Below, one piece after another: positions 38,535 to 51,890 of a stretch of DNA of 64,000 nucleotides; within the stretch, counting starts at the first letter, position 1; the number at the start of each line of letters is the position of its first letter. The DNA lies in NCBI GenBank assembly GCA_035221665.1, contig CM069133.1:10230001-10294000 (forward strand), read 5' to 3'. The notes below the pieces were generated by a model. It did no database searches, was not told the DNA's origin, and saw nothing but the letters and a program-made list of their open reading frames with translations. The translations under genes were made by a program, and so were the position numbers. The DNA is from Okamejei kenojei. Lineage: Eukaryota.

Positions 38535-38874
38535 GCGGCACGGTGGCGCAGCGGTAGAGCTGCTGCCTTAGATCCAAAGACCCAGGTTCAATCCTGACTA
38601 TTGGTGCTGTCTGTGTGGAGTTTGTACGTTTTCCCCGTGGCCAGCAAGGGTTTTCTCCTGGATCTCCGGTTTCCTCTCACACTCCAAAGATGTACATGTT
38701 TGTCAGTTCATTAGCTGACATGTTTATGTACATGTTTAGCAGTTCATGGTATATAATTGTAAAATTGTCCCTAGTGTGTGCAGGATAGTGTTAGTGTGCA
38801 GGGATTGCTGGTTGGTGTGGACTCGGTGGGCCGAAGGACCTGTTTCCCCGCTGCATCTCAAAACTAAACTAAAA
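38535..38874 (+). mobile_element. Full-length tRNA-derived HE1/V-SINE-like element
   Basis: A box TGGCGCAGCGG, B box GGTTCAATCC, central domain, CR1-like 3' end, (AAACT)n tail. Confidence 0.9.
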
Positions 38875-39106
38875 GATACCAATCCAGATGGGAAGTACAT
38901 ATCACAACCATATGAGATGCGCTGAATGAACTGCATGATTTTTTTTTTTGCTTTGACACATTTTAAAAATAACCAAAGTTACACTTAAGAGAGATCGCAT
39001 GTAATTTATCCATTAATCTGCATGATGTTCAGACAGAATGGACTGGATGTTACACTGCACCTGTTTTGAAGTAAAAACCTTGTTCTGAAAGGACCAATGT
39101 ACTGTA

Positions 39107-39624
39107 CAAGTAGTTCTGCTATAACATATTGCCATAATGTGAATTTAATATAAGGCGATTGATGAATTAGAGAATACTATTTGTATTTCGCAAGCAAAAT
39201 TGTTTATATCCTGAATTTGACCAGGAACCTACCCTGCAGTAATTGGACACCATTGTCTCTTGTCTCTTAAGAAGACAGGATGCCAGTTCAATGCGTGAGA
39301 CTATTTAACAAAAGTTATTTTTGAAATTGCCAAGCATTCGCTTCTATTGACACGTGCAGTGATACTCTAGTAAACAATGTATCATAAAGTTGTTTGTATT
39401 GTAGTAGCAAAATAAAACTTGGAACTATTAAAACACTTATTTTTGAATATCAGGTGGGAAAAATAATGTTATTGAGTCAAACTCTCAGGTGGGAAAAATA
39501 ATGTTATTGAGTCAAACTCTCAAGCCTATCTCCCTTTTTGGCCCATTGACGAATATGATTTAAAAAAAATATTACACAAGGTTTTTTTAAGAACACCACT
39601 ATCATGTTATAGCAGAACTACCTG
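39107..39624. mobile_element. Non-autonomous DNA transposon (Tigger/pogo-like)
   Basis: 20-bp TIR caagtagttctgctataaca / tgttatagcagaactacctg (1 mismatch); TA on left flank only. Confidence 0.7.
39451..39520 (+). repeat. Perfect 2 x 35-bp tandem duplication
   Basis: caggtgggaaaaataatgttattgagtcaaactct twice. Confidence 0.95.
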
Positions 39625-41157
39625 GAAGTACTTTTATTAATTATCTCAAACTTAGGACGGCAAATCCTTAAGTGGTATGTTGGAAGTTTCCACCAAAGTT
39701 TCCAGTAAAAAGTTATTTTTAATTTGGTAAACTAGTACCCGTCTATCTAATCACATTGTCAAGATGTTAGGAATGAATAGTTCCTCCTGGGCTCCCGCAA
39801 CAGTTTTGTTGAGCAGTCGTGCCATTGGATGCATTCCATTTTATGGATCAGCAGGATTAATTAAATATTCTGTGTATTGCAGCTATTTGTTTCAATTTTT
39901 TATTTAAATGTTCCTTAACTATTTATTTTGGGTTGATCATAACTCCATTAAAAAAAAAAACATTGAGACATGATTGTGCTGTAAATTCTGCCATGGTCCT
40001 GCATTTTATCTGTATGTTGCTATTTTAGTTTTCTTTGGTGTACTTGGCTATGCAGCAGAGAGGGACAATGAAATCATAACTTCACATGTATCAGTGCATG
40101 GTAACCTGTGGCAGAATTAGATGGCTTCTCTCTGTCTAATTTTGTTTCTCAAGCATAGACGTAATTGGAAGAATATCAATACCCCAGTGACAAGCTTGTT
40201 AATATATGGGGGTAACTCCTATCAATAGACAGTTTTTACACTTTATTAGAATTTTCATTCTATAATATGGAAACATTTTCTTAACATTCTACAGTCTTGT
40301 AGATACCATTAGTTCTCAATTACTGTGCATCAATAAGGCCTGCACATAGGGCCATAGTTTACAGCATTAGAGAGCACGATTCACCCATTATTACTGCATC
40401 TTCTGTGTTACAACAATCCCAAACTAATCTTGTTATCCTTCTTTTCAAGTAACAATGTGTTCTGCCTAACTGACTGCCTGTGCACTTATTCTCAATTTTT
40501 TTTTAACCAATTTAAGGATAGTTTTATAAGCATGATGATCGTTACCATTTTTCTTTTTACTCGACTAACTTTCTAATTTTGTAGCCCTTAAGTGCCCCCT
40601 ACAGAATTGCTTGATAATGAGTTTTCTATCTTGACACCTGGTTGAGTAAAAAACAAAAATACGAGAAACACTCAGTAGCTTAGTCAGCATTTGTTCATTG
40701 TTAAATGGATCGAAGACCATTTGTTAGAACACTTTTTCAGTTTTGTAATTTTTTTAAATTATAATCCTGGTTGAACAATTTTCAGAAATTATTGATTTGT
40801 TTGGTTTTTAACCCAAGGGGAATATTTTTCAATTTGTTGTGATGGGAAAATTGTATATTCCATCAGGAGAGAAAAGTCCAAATACAAAATTTGGGATGCT
40901 TTTACTAATAACAATCAGCTGAAATGTAAATTCCAAATATTTTCAGTTGTCAAATATTGGAAATATTTTACCAGATCTGTAACATTTGAAATGGTAAAGT
41001 AAACATCTGTAAAGAGTTAAATCATTTGAATATATTTTAAAAAAATGAAGTATTAGCTCTGCTAAATGTTTTCAATTATCCCAATATTGCAGTCAGATTG
41101 CACACTCGTTGGTAATGCAACGTCATGTGCAAGAAGAGAGTAGACAACTAACATCAC

Positions 41158-41252
41158 GGTCTGAAGAAGGGTCTCAACTCGAAACGTCTCCTATTCTTTT
41201 TCTTCCGAGATGCTGCCTGTCCTGCTTAATTACTCCAGCATTTTGTGTCTAT
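41158..41252 (+). mobile_element. Half-copy of Penelope-like repeat with hammerhead core
   Basis: ctgaagaagggtctcaactcgaaacgtc...ttactccagcattttgtgtcta. Confidence 0.75.
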
Positions 41253-41759
41253 TTGGTGAAAAAGTGATTGGCATGTCAATCACCTTTTTCCCCACAGATA
41301 GACATAAAAGTTCACCAGTCCCCAGCATCTGTGTCTATTCACAGTTCATGAGTTGTGACCATTTTAATAGCATTAAAATAATAGAAATAATAGCCTTGAC
41401 TGACAAGAAGGCAATTGAGTGGTTTTGCCACAGAGCAAGTAACAATTGATGTCTTTATAATTAACAATATGTGATTGTAACAAATTTTAATTCTTGAGGT
41501 CTCTTTAGTGAATAGACAGTTGAAGTTTGTTTGAAATTGTAAATTAAAAATTGGCAAGTTGTAAATTACCTTTTTTTTCCAGCTGCAGTAGAATTCTTGG
41601 TTAAAGTAGGAATGTGCTCAATCGGGAACTGGATTAACGATGAAAGACCTTTTGAATATCATCTTAAATATCTTATGAAATAGCAAATTATATTTTGATA
41701 TCTGTTGCAAGAGAATTTGAGGACATAAGTGGAGACATCCAGTTCCAATTATGTAGGTA

Positions 41760-42320
41760 AGAGTTGTAAGACTACTTCTGGAATGTAGTATACAGTTCAT
41801 GTGTCCTCGTTTAATAAAGAATATAGGGTATGATAAAGTGGAGCAAAAATCCACAAAATTGATTCCTGGAAATTATATACCGAATGTGAACTAAACAATC
41901 AATTCAAGGGAATCAAATATTAAAGTAGTTTATTAGATTGGCCTGCATCCTTGAATTTGCAAAAATAAGTGGTGCCTTCCATTGCAGTGAATAGAATTGT
42001 TACGGGCTTTGGCAGGTCCATCCAGGCATTCTGTTTCCCTGGCAACAGAATCAGGGCTCAGTCACAGAATAAAGATTTAACCGTTCAGAACAGAGGTAAG
42101 ATGAAATTTATTTGCTCAGAGGATATCATAACTTAAATACTGCACCCAAGATTGGAGGCTTGGATACATTCAAGACAGGATCAATAGACTTTGAGATATG
42201 GAGAAAATTAAGAGACTGCAGAAACGTGGAACTATGGTGAAAGATCAGTTATGATCTTGCTGAAAAGTGTGGGAGGTGCAAGGATCCAAACAGTCTACTA
42301 TCACTTCTGTTTCATATATT
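41760..42320 (+). mobile_element. Old CR1 LINE 3' remnant
   Basis: Degenerate CR1 3' layout (ctggaatgtagtatacagtt...aagatcag..atgatcttgctgaa). Confidence 0.5.
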
Positions 42321-42977
42321 CTTCAGTTCCTTAAGTTATTTTCGTGCATGAACCTCATTTTAATTACATTCTGCAGTTCTCACTACCAATATTAGTCTAA
42401 TATAATATTTTAATAGAAAATGGGATCACATCACAATGTCCCTGTTATTAAATATATTTGACAAAGTTGCTGCTTTTTGAATCTGGTTTGTATTGGTTTA
42501 GTACAGTGGCCAAACAAAAACAATAGGGAAAAAGGTCAAAACCATTTTCATTGTTGTCATCTTTGGAATGTCATTAGGGGAGGGGAGGCTGGTCATTAAT
42601 CATGAGATGAGGAAGGAGTGGAAATCCAATGCTTGAACTGAAGACGCTGACTTTGGCAAAAGGGAAGAAAGTATTCAGGACTGTATGGCTAGCCTTTAGG
42701 ATAAAATATTTTGTGTAGGACTAGGAGGCGCTCTTGTGTACCAAGAGAGAAATAAAAGAAATCTATGTTTTGGGGTACACACTCCAATCTTTGTTTACAC
42801 AATTCAGGTTAGGCTAGTTTAACATTTGATTGCCATGAATAGATTGTGTTTAGTTCACATGCTGCATATTGTTTCCGTAAAATTTGCATTGGATTTCAAC
42901 AACTGGGGTAAAATCCCAATTTACATTTTTTTGGGGGATCTCTTTTTGACATGCGCATTGAATCACAAGCAAGACTT

Positions 42978-43330
42978 TAGAGTCATGCAGTGTGGAAACT
43001 GGGCCCTTTGGCCGAACTTCCCATACCGATCAACGTGTCCCATCTACACTAGTCCCACCTGCCTGTGTTTGGACCATATCCCTCTAAACCTATTTTATCC
43101 ATGAACCTCTCTAAATATTTCTAAACACTGCGATAGTACCTGCATCAATTACCTCCTCCGGCAGCTGGTTCTATGCACCCACCACACTTTGTGTGTAAAA
43201 AAAAAAAATACCCCTCAGGATCCCATTAAATCTTTCCCCCCTCACTTTAAACCTATGTCCTCTGGTTCTCGATTTTCCCTACTCTGGGCAAGAGACTGTG
43301 CGTTTACCCAATCTATTCTTTTCATAATTT
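42978..43330 (-). mobile_element. CR1 LINE 3' fragment
   Basis: Similar to 16153-16495. Confidence 0.85.
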
Positions 43331-46300
43331 TGTTTGCCTAACAAACTTGGACCAACTAATATAATTTTAAAAATAACTTGTGCGCTGTCCTATTTTTCAG
43401 CATGAATGAGCAAGCAGGAGACTTACTGAAATGTATTTAAAAAGGGATTGACAAAATTACCATAGGTTAAAGTTTTGGTATCCTTGTTTAACATAATTTC
43501 AATTAAACAACCCAAAGAAATAAAACTCTGAAATTAAATCACAATGTTCCCCTTGATTACTTAAATATAATACAGAAATATTTGTTTAACTTTTATTACC
43601 AAGGCAAAAATGGATCCGAGCTCTATAGTTCATTTTAAAATTTGATTTGTGCCATGTTTTGGGATTTCTGACAATTGCCACGGGGGCCATCAGTGTTATT
43701 TCTGCTAAAATCTTTTTAAATTGAAAAATGAACTAGCATTTACAATGTGCTTTCATAAGTTCATATGTGTGCAACTGCCCATGGCACCTTTAAGATTACG
43801 ACCACTATTGCAATTTAGGACATTTGTTGTATTAAACTAAACCAAACTCTTGATACATTAATTTTGCAGACTCTAGGGCCACATTTGGAAGAAATTTAAT
43901 TTTGTGTCCAAACCAGTACATCAGACAATATTTGTTTGGATCAGACATTTTTACTCTAGTGGCATGGTCTAATTCTGGAGTATCTCGTAAGATAGGTTGA
44001 AGATAATATTTTTTTCTGGAGTGAGAATGGAAGAACAAATGGGAGAGATCCTTATGTTTGGGGAAGTTAAATCTAACAAAGGTTCCAAAAATACAAACCT
44101 TGCAATATGCTGGGCATTAAGAAAGAATGTTTTTGCTGACCAGTAACTGACCTAAATGGAAAATGGCTGGAGGGTGGAAGTGTGCAGAAAGTAAATGTTC
44201 CATCTATGGCTCACAAACGTGGATCTTTTTTTGCTCTTCTGTGCTGTGATGGAGAACAATATGCAAGATGTTTTGGATTGCTTCTATTTGCTCCTTTTTA
44301 TTTGCCACAAATGTTTAGCAAAATAAACTATCTTCCTTGATTTGTCATGTACTACAATTTAACCAACAGTTCATCAGCCCCTCCTATTAAAAGATAGGAT
44401 AAGTGCTCATTGGGGTAGAGGCATAAGGTCTGGAGTGAATCATTGTTATCATAGAATAAACTAATGTTCGTAAATTACCTTGGTCTAAAGCACAGTAATT
44501 ATTTCCTGCTTGTTACATTGAACTGAATACATTTTTTTTCATCAGTACTTTGTCCATTATCAGAATGCTCTGGATTTTGTAACAAAGCTATTTTGGTTTG
44601 ATTATTTGGTGGATCTATTTTATTTAGTTAATATGTACTTAAGCATTTGGTAAGGATCAGCTCGCCCTTCTGGAAAATTCATGAATAATAGTATTTTATG
44701 TGGTTATATCAAGGTCTTTACAAAGCATCTTTGTTACCTTGATGATCTATTGGCGAATGCATTGATATAGCGCTGTTGATGGCAGTATATTGCAGATCAA
44801 TGATCAGTGTATTAAAAATATATATTTTTGTGGTACTCCTGCCTATCAGAGCAAATTGTAGTAAAGAAATGATCACAAAGCAATCTGAGATTTCTTTTAA
44901 ACAGTAAAGGTTTTGATTTTTAACAGCTGTGTTAGGTCTTTAACCATATATTATCTTAGAGTAGTTTCCGAGCACATGTTAATTGGCTCCTTTCTGTGAC
45001 AAATTATGAACACTTACTTTGATGAGGTTCAACTGTGATCATGTTGGAGTCAAGTAAAAAGACTTTCCAGCCCCTGCTGGTTCCCCAAATCGCTATCAAC
45101 AGCTGCACACCAATATAGTGCTGAGTAATGACAGGATTTGAGCTGATTTGATTTATGTACAGATTTTTTTTGTAGGATATTTCCAGCCTTTTAGTGTCAG
45201 GGTTGTATATTTCTTTTTTGTCATTTATGCAAATTTTCTTTCAGTTCTGGCACAAGTGTTCAAGTCCCTGTGTAAAATAAAACAGTTCTGTATTTCCCCT
45301 ATCAGATAGCCACTTAATCGATTTATAGTCAGAATGGTTAGAGAATGTGAATTATTTTATCATTATTTATTATTGTCCTTCAACTGAATTCATGAACTCT
45401 TCTGAATAGTTATTTTGATGCTCTGGTGATTTCCCCCCCCCCCCCCCCCCCCTTTTTCTTTTTGTGGTATCCATGTCAGTTCCTTCTAGCATTGTTAGTG
45501 CTGAGCACTATGAAATGACTGATGGACTTGAGAACAGGAAGAATTGCTGTGGATCTGCTGGGAGACAGGTTTCCTAAGTCACATAGTGCTTCTTTTCCCC
45601 CTCCATCAGATCTGAATGTTTCAATGTTGCAGGGTTTCATAGGTATGGTGGCATTAGCATACATTACTTCTGCTTCCAGGTTTGGTTTGGCATCTAGTGG
45701 ATAATAAACTAAATGGAAAGCCAGTTGGAAATTACATTCAGATGTTTTAACAGAGGAAAACTATTAATTCAGAATTTGCGGTAGCAATAATGGTGAGGCT
45801 TGCAGCGCTCATGTTTATGAAGAAGTAAATTAGACAGCAATTCTTGACTTCTGTATTTTGGCTGTAAAAGATGTAACAGGAAGCTGCTGCCCATCTCCTT
45901 GACGAGCATTGGTACACCATTATCTTGCTCAACATTCAAATACATGAAGGGTTCAAACTCGCTATACTTGTGCATGGATCTAAATATGCCAGAAAAAGTT
46001 AGGACCTTTCATATAAAAGTAATTATTTTAATTGTATAGTGGGGCAGATTGGATTCGCTTTAGGCTGAAGGCTCGTACAAGAAGTACTGGCAGTTTTCTT
46101 CCTGCATGTCAGCACACTATCAAGTTCATTCCTGTGCACCACAGCATGCAAATACTGAATGCAACAGGGATCAGTTGCTGCCACATCCAAACATTTTCTC
46201 GGCGAAAGGACTCGCTGCCGTGCCTATTAGAGCAGGGGTGACCCCTTATCTACCCAACTCAATGGCCTGATTTTATATCCCCTTACTTGATTTTACATCA

Positions 46301-47119
46301 GCCATAGGTGACATACCTAGGACGGCCCCATTCATTTGAATGGGGTCACTTAAATCTAACAGACTTTCTTGTTGAAGTTATTTCTATCCACTTTTACATT
46401 TCTTGTTATAGTAACATTTTTTATTCAGCAGGCTGACAAGATAGTTGCAGGCAGGGCCTTAATTCTACTGCCTGAACCTTTCTCGCCACTTGTGCATTGT
46501 ATCACTTTGGCAAGGACTTTTGAGGCGAGTCTCCAAGATGTTGAGTACCACGTGGCCAAAACATGTTAGTATGACTACAGGACTAGCACTGGATGAGTTC
46601 TTGAGGTGAGGACTCAAGTATGATTCATCACCAAACAATACTTGCAACTTTGAAAATGTAGGTTCATATATGTGGAGTGGCATTTCATAACAGTTGAGTT
46701 GTTGGAAATTGTGAACTAGTTTTTTTTTTTTTTGTTGAGCATTATCTTGACTTTATTGGTCAAAGTTTTGCTTCTCAGGGGAGCAGATTCGACAGATTGT
46801 AATCAATTTCATGATTTCCGTGGATGAAAACAATGCCCTTTGATTGTCTGGTTAAACCCAGGCCTTACCTATCTAGTGCCTAAAGTGGAACCAAAAAGGC
46901 CCATACCAGTATTTTAAAGTGCACAGGGGATTTCCTTTAGCTAATGTTTCTCTTTGAACCTCACCACAGAAAACTCCAGATGAAGTGATTATTCATCTTG
47001 GGCTCTTTGTAGTATCTTGCTGCCTGCATAAACATAGCCATCCTTGAGAATCAGTGTATTGAGGTGCACTGGTTTGGCATGGCCTCAGATTAAAGAGATA
47101 CAAGGAAAGAAAGCTTATT

Positions 47120-47425
47120 AACATAGAAACATAGAAAATAGGTGCAGGAGTAGGCCATTCAGCCCTTCGAGCCTGCACCGCCATTCAATATGATCATGGC
47201 TGATCATCCAACTCAGTATCCTGTACCTGCCTTCTCTCCATAACCCCTGATCCCTTTAGCCGCAAGGACCACATCTAACTCCCTCTTAAATATAGCCAAT
47301 GAACTGGCCTCGACTACCTTCTGTGGCAGAGAATTCCAGAGACCCATCACTCTCTGTGTGAAAAGTGTTTTCCTCATCTTGGTCCTAAAGGAATTCCTCC
47401 TTATCCTTAGACTGACCCCTTGTTC
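47120..47425 (-). mobile_element. Young CR1/HER1-like LINE 3' fragment
   Basis: FTQRVMGLWNSLP; near-identical to 15587-15880. Confidence 0.92.
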
Positions 47426-47844
47426 TGACTCCATTATTCTTTGTGCTGAATTGAAAACTGGCAGAAATTTCAGTCCAGCAGCATAGGTGCATACATATAA
47501 CATAGTTTGTGCAATTTGTTACATGTGCACCGTGCAAACATTCCGAGAGTATGCAAATTAATTAATTACAGACGTCAGTCCTTGTGCAGCTTTGATTTGA
47601 TGCTTTGTTGATCCCTTTCTTGCTGTGGATTTAATCATGCAATACCAACATGGTATTCAGCAATAAAAACTATCATCATGGCTTAATACCATCCAAAATG
47701 TGTTGCCATCCAATAGTGTGTAGGTTTGTTGACAATTTAGTTGAAGGTTTGTGCCTTTGAAAAAGCTACTCTGCAGGATATCTTTGGAGGTCAAAACCCA
47801 TTTGTTCTCTTGAAGTGCTGTTGTTGAGTTTGAGTGCTTACCAA

Positions 47845-48530
47845 AACCGGCACAGTCCCACACCACTTCACATCAATGACAGCAATGTGGAGGTGGTCAG
47901 TAGCACTAAGTTCCTGTGGGTGCAGATCACTAGCAGTCTGACCTGGTCAAATAACATCTCATCAACAGTTAAGAGAGCACAGCAGCGGTTGCACTTTCTG
48001 CACCGGATGAGAAGAGCTCACCTCCCCCATCCCATCCTCACCACTTTCTACAGGGGCACCATAGAGTATTTTGACCAGCTGTATCTCTGTCTGGTTTGGG
48101 GACTGTAAAGCCTCTGACTGGAAGTCCGTGCAGAGAGTGGTGAGGACAACAGAAAAAATCATCGGGACATCTCTCCCCTCAATTGGCGATATTGCGACCA
48201 AACGTTGCGTGTCTAAGGCCAGCAGTATTATAAAAGACCCCACACATCTCCATCACGGACTGTTCACTCTGCTGCCCTCGGGCAAAAGATATCGTAGCAA
48301 AAGGAGCAGAACGTCAAGGTTCTGCAACAGCTTCTTCCAACAAGCCATCAGACTCCTGAATGCCATGTAATGGGCTGCCACCATTGTCTATTTATCCTTT
48401 TATCCATTTTATCCTTTTATCCATTTTATCCTTCTGTTTATCGTGTGGCACGGGGAGCCAAATGCAACGGAATTTCGTTTGGAATTGCATATATCGATGT
48501 ATTTCTAAATGACAATAACGTTTGTTTGAC
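47845..48530 (+). mobile_element. Rex1/Babar-like LINE 3' fragment
   Basis: KRAQQRLHFL, FYRGTIE, DPTHLHHGLFTLLPSGKRYRS...NSFFQQAIRLLN; one frameshift; 3' UTR ends aatgacaataa. Confidence 0.85.
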
Positions 48531-49702
48531 GTTTAATAAAATGGGTCCTTTGATGGACATCCTGCTGAGCTTCTCGCTATACGGAGGAAACGGGGGAAGA
48601 AGTATTTAAAGCAAGACCAGAAGAGTTGAGGGGGTAAGGCACACCAGAAGGGCTGTTATGAAACCGTGTAAACCTTAGATCTGCAGCTGTTGGAATGGAG
48701 CCACCACTTCCATGCTGGAAAGAATGAGTTCCAGGCTTTGCCTGAGGTCCTTCACAGGGAAGGAACTAGACTCTGATGTTCTTTGACAGTTATTCAGGGA
48801 TTCAAGCAGACTGGCCATTCCCCCAAGCAAAGGTTTCATATGTGTGCTTCTGCACCGCACCCCCACTCCTCCATCTCTGACCAAATTACATTTTCATCTG
48901 ACTTCGATATTACTGCTCGCTTCCAAGGAGTTGGTACCTGAGGTGGTCTTTGCTCTGTTTAGCCTGTGACCCATGGGTACAGTGACTATCCATGTTTACG
49001 ATCCTGACATTTCAGTCTTGACCTCATGGAATCTTATGATTGATCCCATTCTTCTTCAGTTCAGCAGCTGGAATAGGGGCAAGTGAAAAAAAAACAAATT
49101 AAAAGAAGAAAGGCATAAGGGCTTGGATGTGGGGAGGGATAGGCAGCAATAGATGGAGATCAGGACTTAACCTGTGTCTCTCGACCTATGATTTATCAAT
49201 AATAATTATGCTGAATATCAACTTGGTTAATCATTTTATTTCTGGTATCCTTTAGAACACTCTCAAACTTCACTTTTGGCTTTGTTTGATTGTCATGTGA
49301 TTCTTAAATGTGCTGCTATTAACCCCTTCAGTTTTTCCCAGCAGCAGATGTTAGACTAACAGCAAGTTTCCTGAGCCCTTAGATTGGCTTGCACCAGTGC
49401 TTTTAAGCAATGAGGTGCAACTATGCGTTTACACGTTGCTTATAAGCCTCACAGATGCTCGTTATTCATGAAACTGCACTTTGAATTTGCACTAATGCAG
49501 TTAACAGCATGGTTGATGATGGCTGAAAGCTGCATTTGAGATGGGAATAAGAACTTTGTACTAACCTTGCATTGGCTTAATTGGGCACATGTTTTCCTGC
49601 TCTTTCTCATGAAAAATTTAGAAACACATAGGAGTTATATTCAATACATCATGCACCCAACATCAGAAAAAATCTTTGCTTTTTAGTAATATACAATGCA
49701 CA

Positions 49703-49828
49703 GTGTCAGGGGTTATGGGGAGAAGGCAGGAGAATGGGGTTAGGAGGAAGAGAGAGATCAGCCGCGATTGAATGACGGAGTAGACTTCATGGGTCGCATG
49801 GCCTAATTCCGCATCTATCACATGACCA
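49703..49828 (+). mobile_element. CR1 3' UTR fragment
   Basis: gtgtcaggggttatggggagaaggcaggagaatgggg...atcacatgacc, same family as 19410. Confidence 0.85.
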
Positions 49829-49954
49829 AATGCAGGAAAATGGGCCCGTGAATCCAAAATCTCAAAAAATAAAGTTGATCCTTGATAGTTCATACTTCTC
49901 AATCATTAATAACCACATTTTGTTCAACAGAACACATTGCTATGGATGAAAGCA

Positions 49955-50145
49955 TGAGGGCCAGGGATTGTTTGGGAGACGTTGGGCAAGCTTGGACTTT
50001 ATTGCCTGGAGCACAGGACGCTGAGGGATGATCTTGCAGAGATGTATAAGATCATGAGGGGAATAGTTAGGGCAAATGCACATTTTGTTTACTAGGTTAG
50101 GGGAATCCAGAGTTAATAGTCATATTTTTAAAGTGAGAGGGGAAT
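49955..50145 (+). mobile_element. CR1 ORF2 fragment
   Basis: RLGKLGLYCLEHRTLRDDLAEMYKIMRG, matching the CR1 LE.RRLRGDL..YKI motif. Confidence 0.75.
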
Positions 50146-51759
50146 TTGTTGATACTCTGTGCCATACAGATGGATAGTTGCATCCTAGAATGCGGCATTT
50201 TAAAGTGAACTGGTCAAGAAGTTTCCTGATTGTTTGAACACACAAGATCCCATGAAAATATATTTTTTAAATAACGGAGTTCCTGGTTAACGTGCATTCC
50301 TAATAGCATTAAATCAGATAATGCACTTATTAATACTGTATTTGTGACATTTTGCCATATTATTTTAATTTTGACAGCATTTCACATTTTTTTATCGTAA
50401 ACTTGTTTTTACTTTTGTGTTGGATCTACATATGGAAAATAACAAAGTTACCAACTATTAGATAAATAGTATTTAATACCTTAATCTCTAACGTTTTATA
50501 TTTGGTTTAAGCCAATGTTTTTTTGCCTTTGCATATAAATTCATCACTCAACACTAAAGTTGCTTTGTTAGTTTTATCAAACCATTGATAGTTAATTTTA
50601 TTAAGATTTTTATAAATTGCAGAGATTTATTTTCTCTGTATCGGGGTTTCTTGGTCAGAGATTTTCTGTTTACATGCTTGCAACACTTTTAAAACTAGTT
50701 ATTTACAGATTATGGGTTGTGGTTTATCATTATGGCCCAAAACCTAGGCTGCTTTAAATTGTTTACAATTATCTTTAGCTTCTAATCATTTTTGTGCAAG
50801 TGCCTGTTACCTTGTTGAAATCAGCTTCCAAAGCCTATTGCATAGGAGCCATCTTATTAGGCAATAATTGCCTATATCATATAGGTTTAGGAAAGCAATA
50901 ACAATTAGACTCATCTTGAATTCTATCTTCATATCAGGATCAATAGCCCACTGGGACTGAATTCCAATAACATTGTGAGTCTTGCCAGTAATATAATAAT
51001 AAGCATAGTTCATTACAATAAAGATCACCTGAACTTCACTTTGTGAAGTGCTTTAAGGTTCTCTGAGGGCAGTATTAAAGATGTTGCAAACATTTTATTA
51101 ATTTCCTATATTAAGAAACTTTAGTACAGAAATAAGAATAATACACTCGTAGGCATCCAGCATCCATGGGGAATTAGGCACTGGTTGCATGAAAATGGCA
51201 AAAAATATATTGTATATCACGCATAAGTAAGCAGAACGTAAAGCTATATGCAATAAAGCTTTAAATGGGTGTACTATGTCATCTTCTTAACCTTTTAAAG
51301 AACAATGGTTTACACAGCAATTTTATACTATAAGGATGCACAGCATAATGAAAAATACAGTAAAATAAATCAAATGGATGATGACATTCACCATCAGATG
51401 TACCAAATCTACAGAGAGCATGTTGCTGCTAATCAGCCTAAAACTTCACTGCCCTTGTGTATAAATATAAATACATTTAAAATGACTTTTCACACAGATT
51501 TTGCACAGCACTTGAAATAAAGTTTCAAGCGTTTAACTTATTTCATGAAAGCAAATCTTTGCCAGTTGCATGAGAATTCTAGACGCAGTCATACTGGATA
51601 AACACAAGTTTCTTGCAATACTTTTGAACAGACCAGAGTTTGGCCAAGATAGTTTGGTGAAAAGGGCAATGAAAACAGAAAAACCTGTTTGCAAAAGATT
51701 GCTTCTGTTATTTAAACGCAAATGCTTCTGTTATTTAAACATTATTGATGAGCAGGAGA

Positions 51760-51890
51760 GAAGAGATTGCAGATACTGGAAGCTTGAGCAGAAAACAAAG
51801 TGCTGTGGAACCTGGCAAGCCATACCGCATTTATGGAGGGAAAGGTAGAGAAGGCGTTTCAGGTCGACATTTCTTCAGTCTGAAAAAGAG
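51760..51890. mobile_element. Old copy of Penelope-like repeat
   Basis: gattgcagatactggaa...aggcgtttcaggtcgac...ttcttcagtctga. Confidence 0.55.

Noticed and set aside
38535-38610. tRNA-like A/B boxes (also ~27230, ~57400, ~61250)
   Set aside because: SINE heads followed by SINE body; no cloverleaf
46036-46260. Possible weak TIR pair agtggggcagat / atctacccaact
   Set aside because: Short, imperfect and no clear TSD
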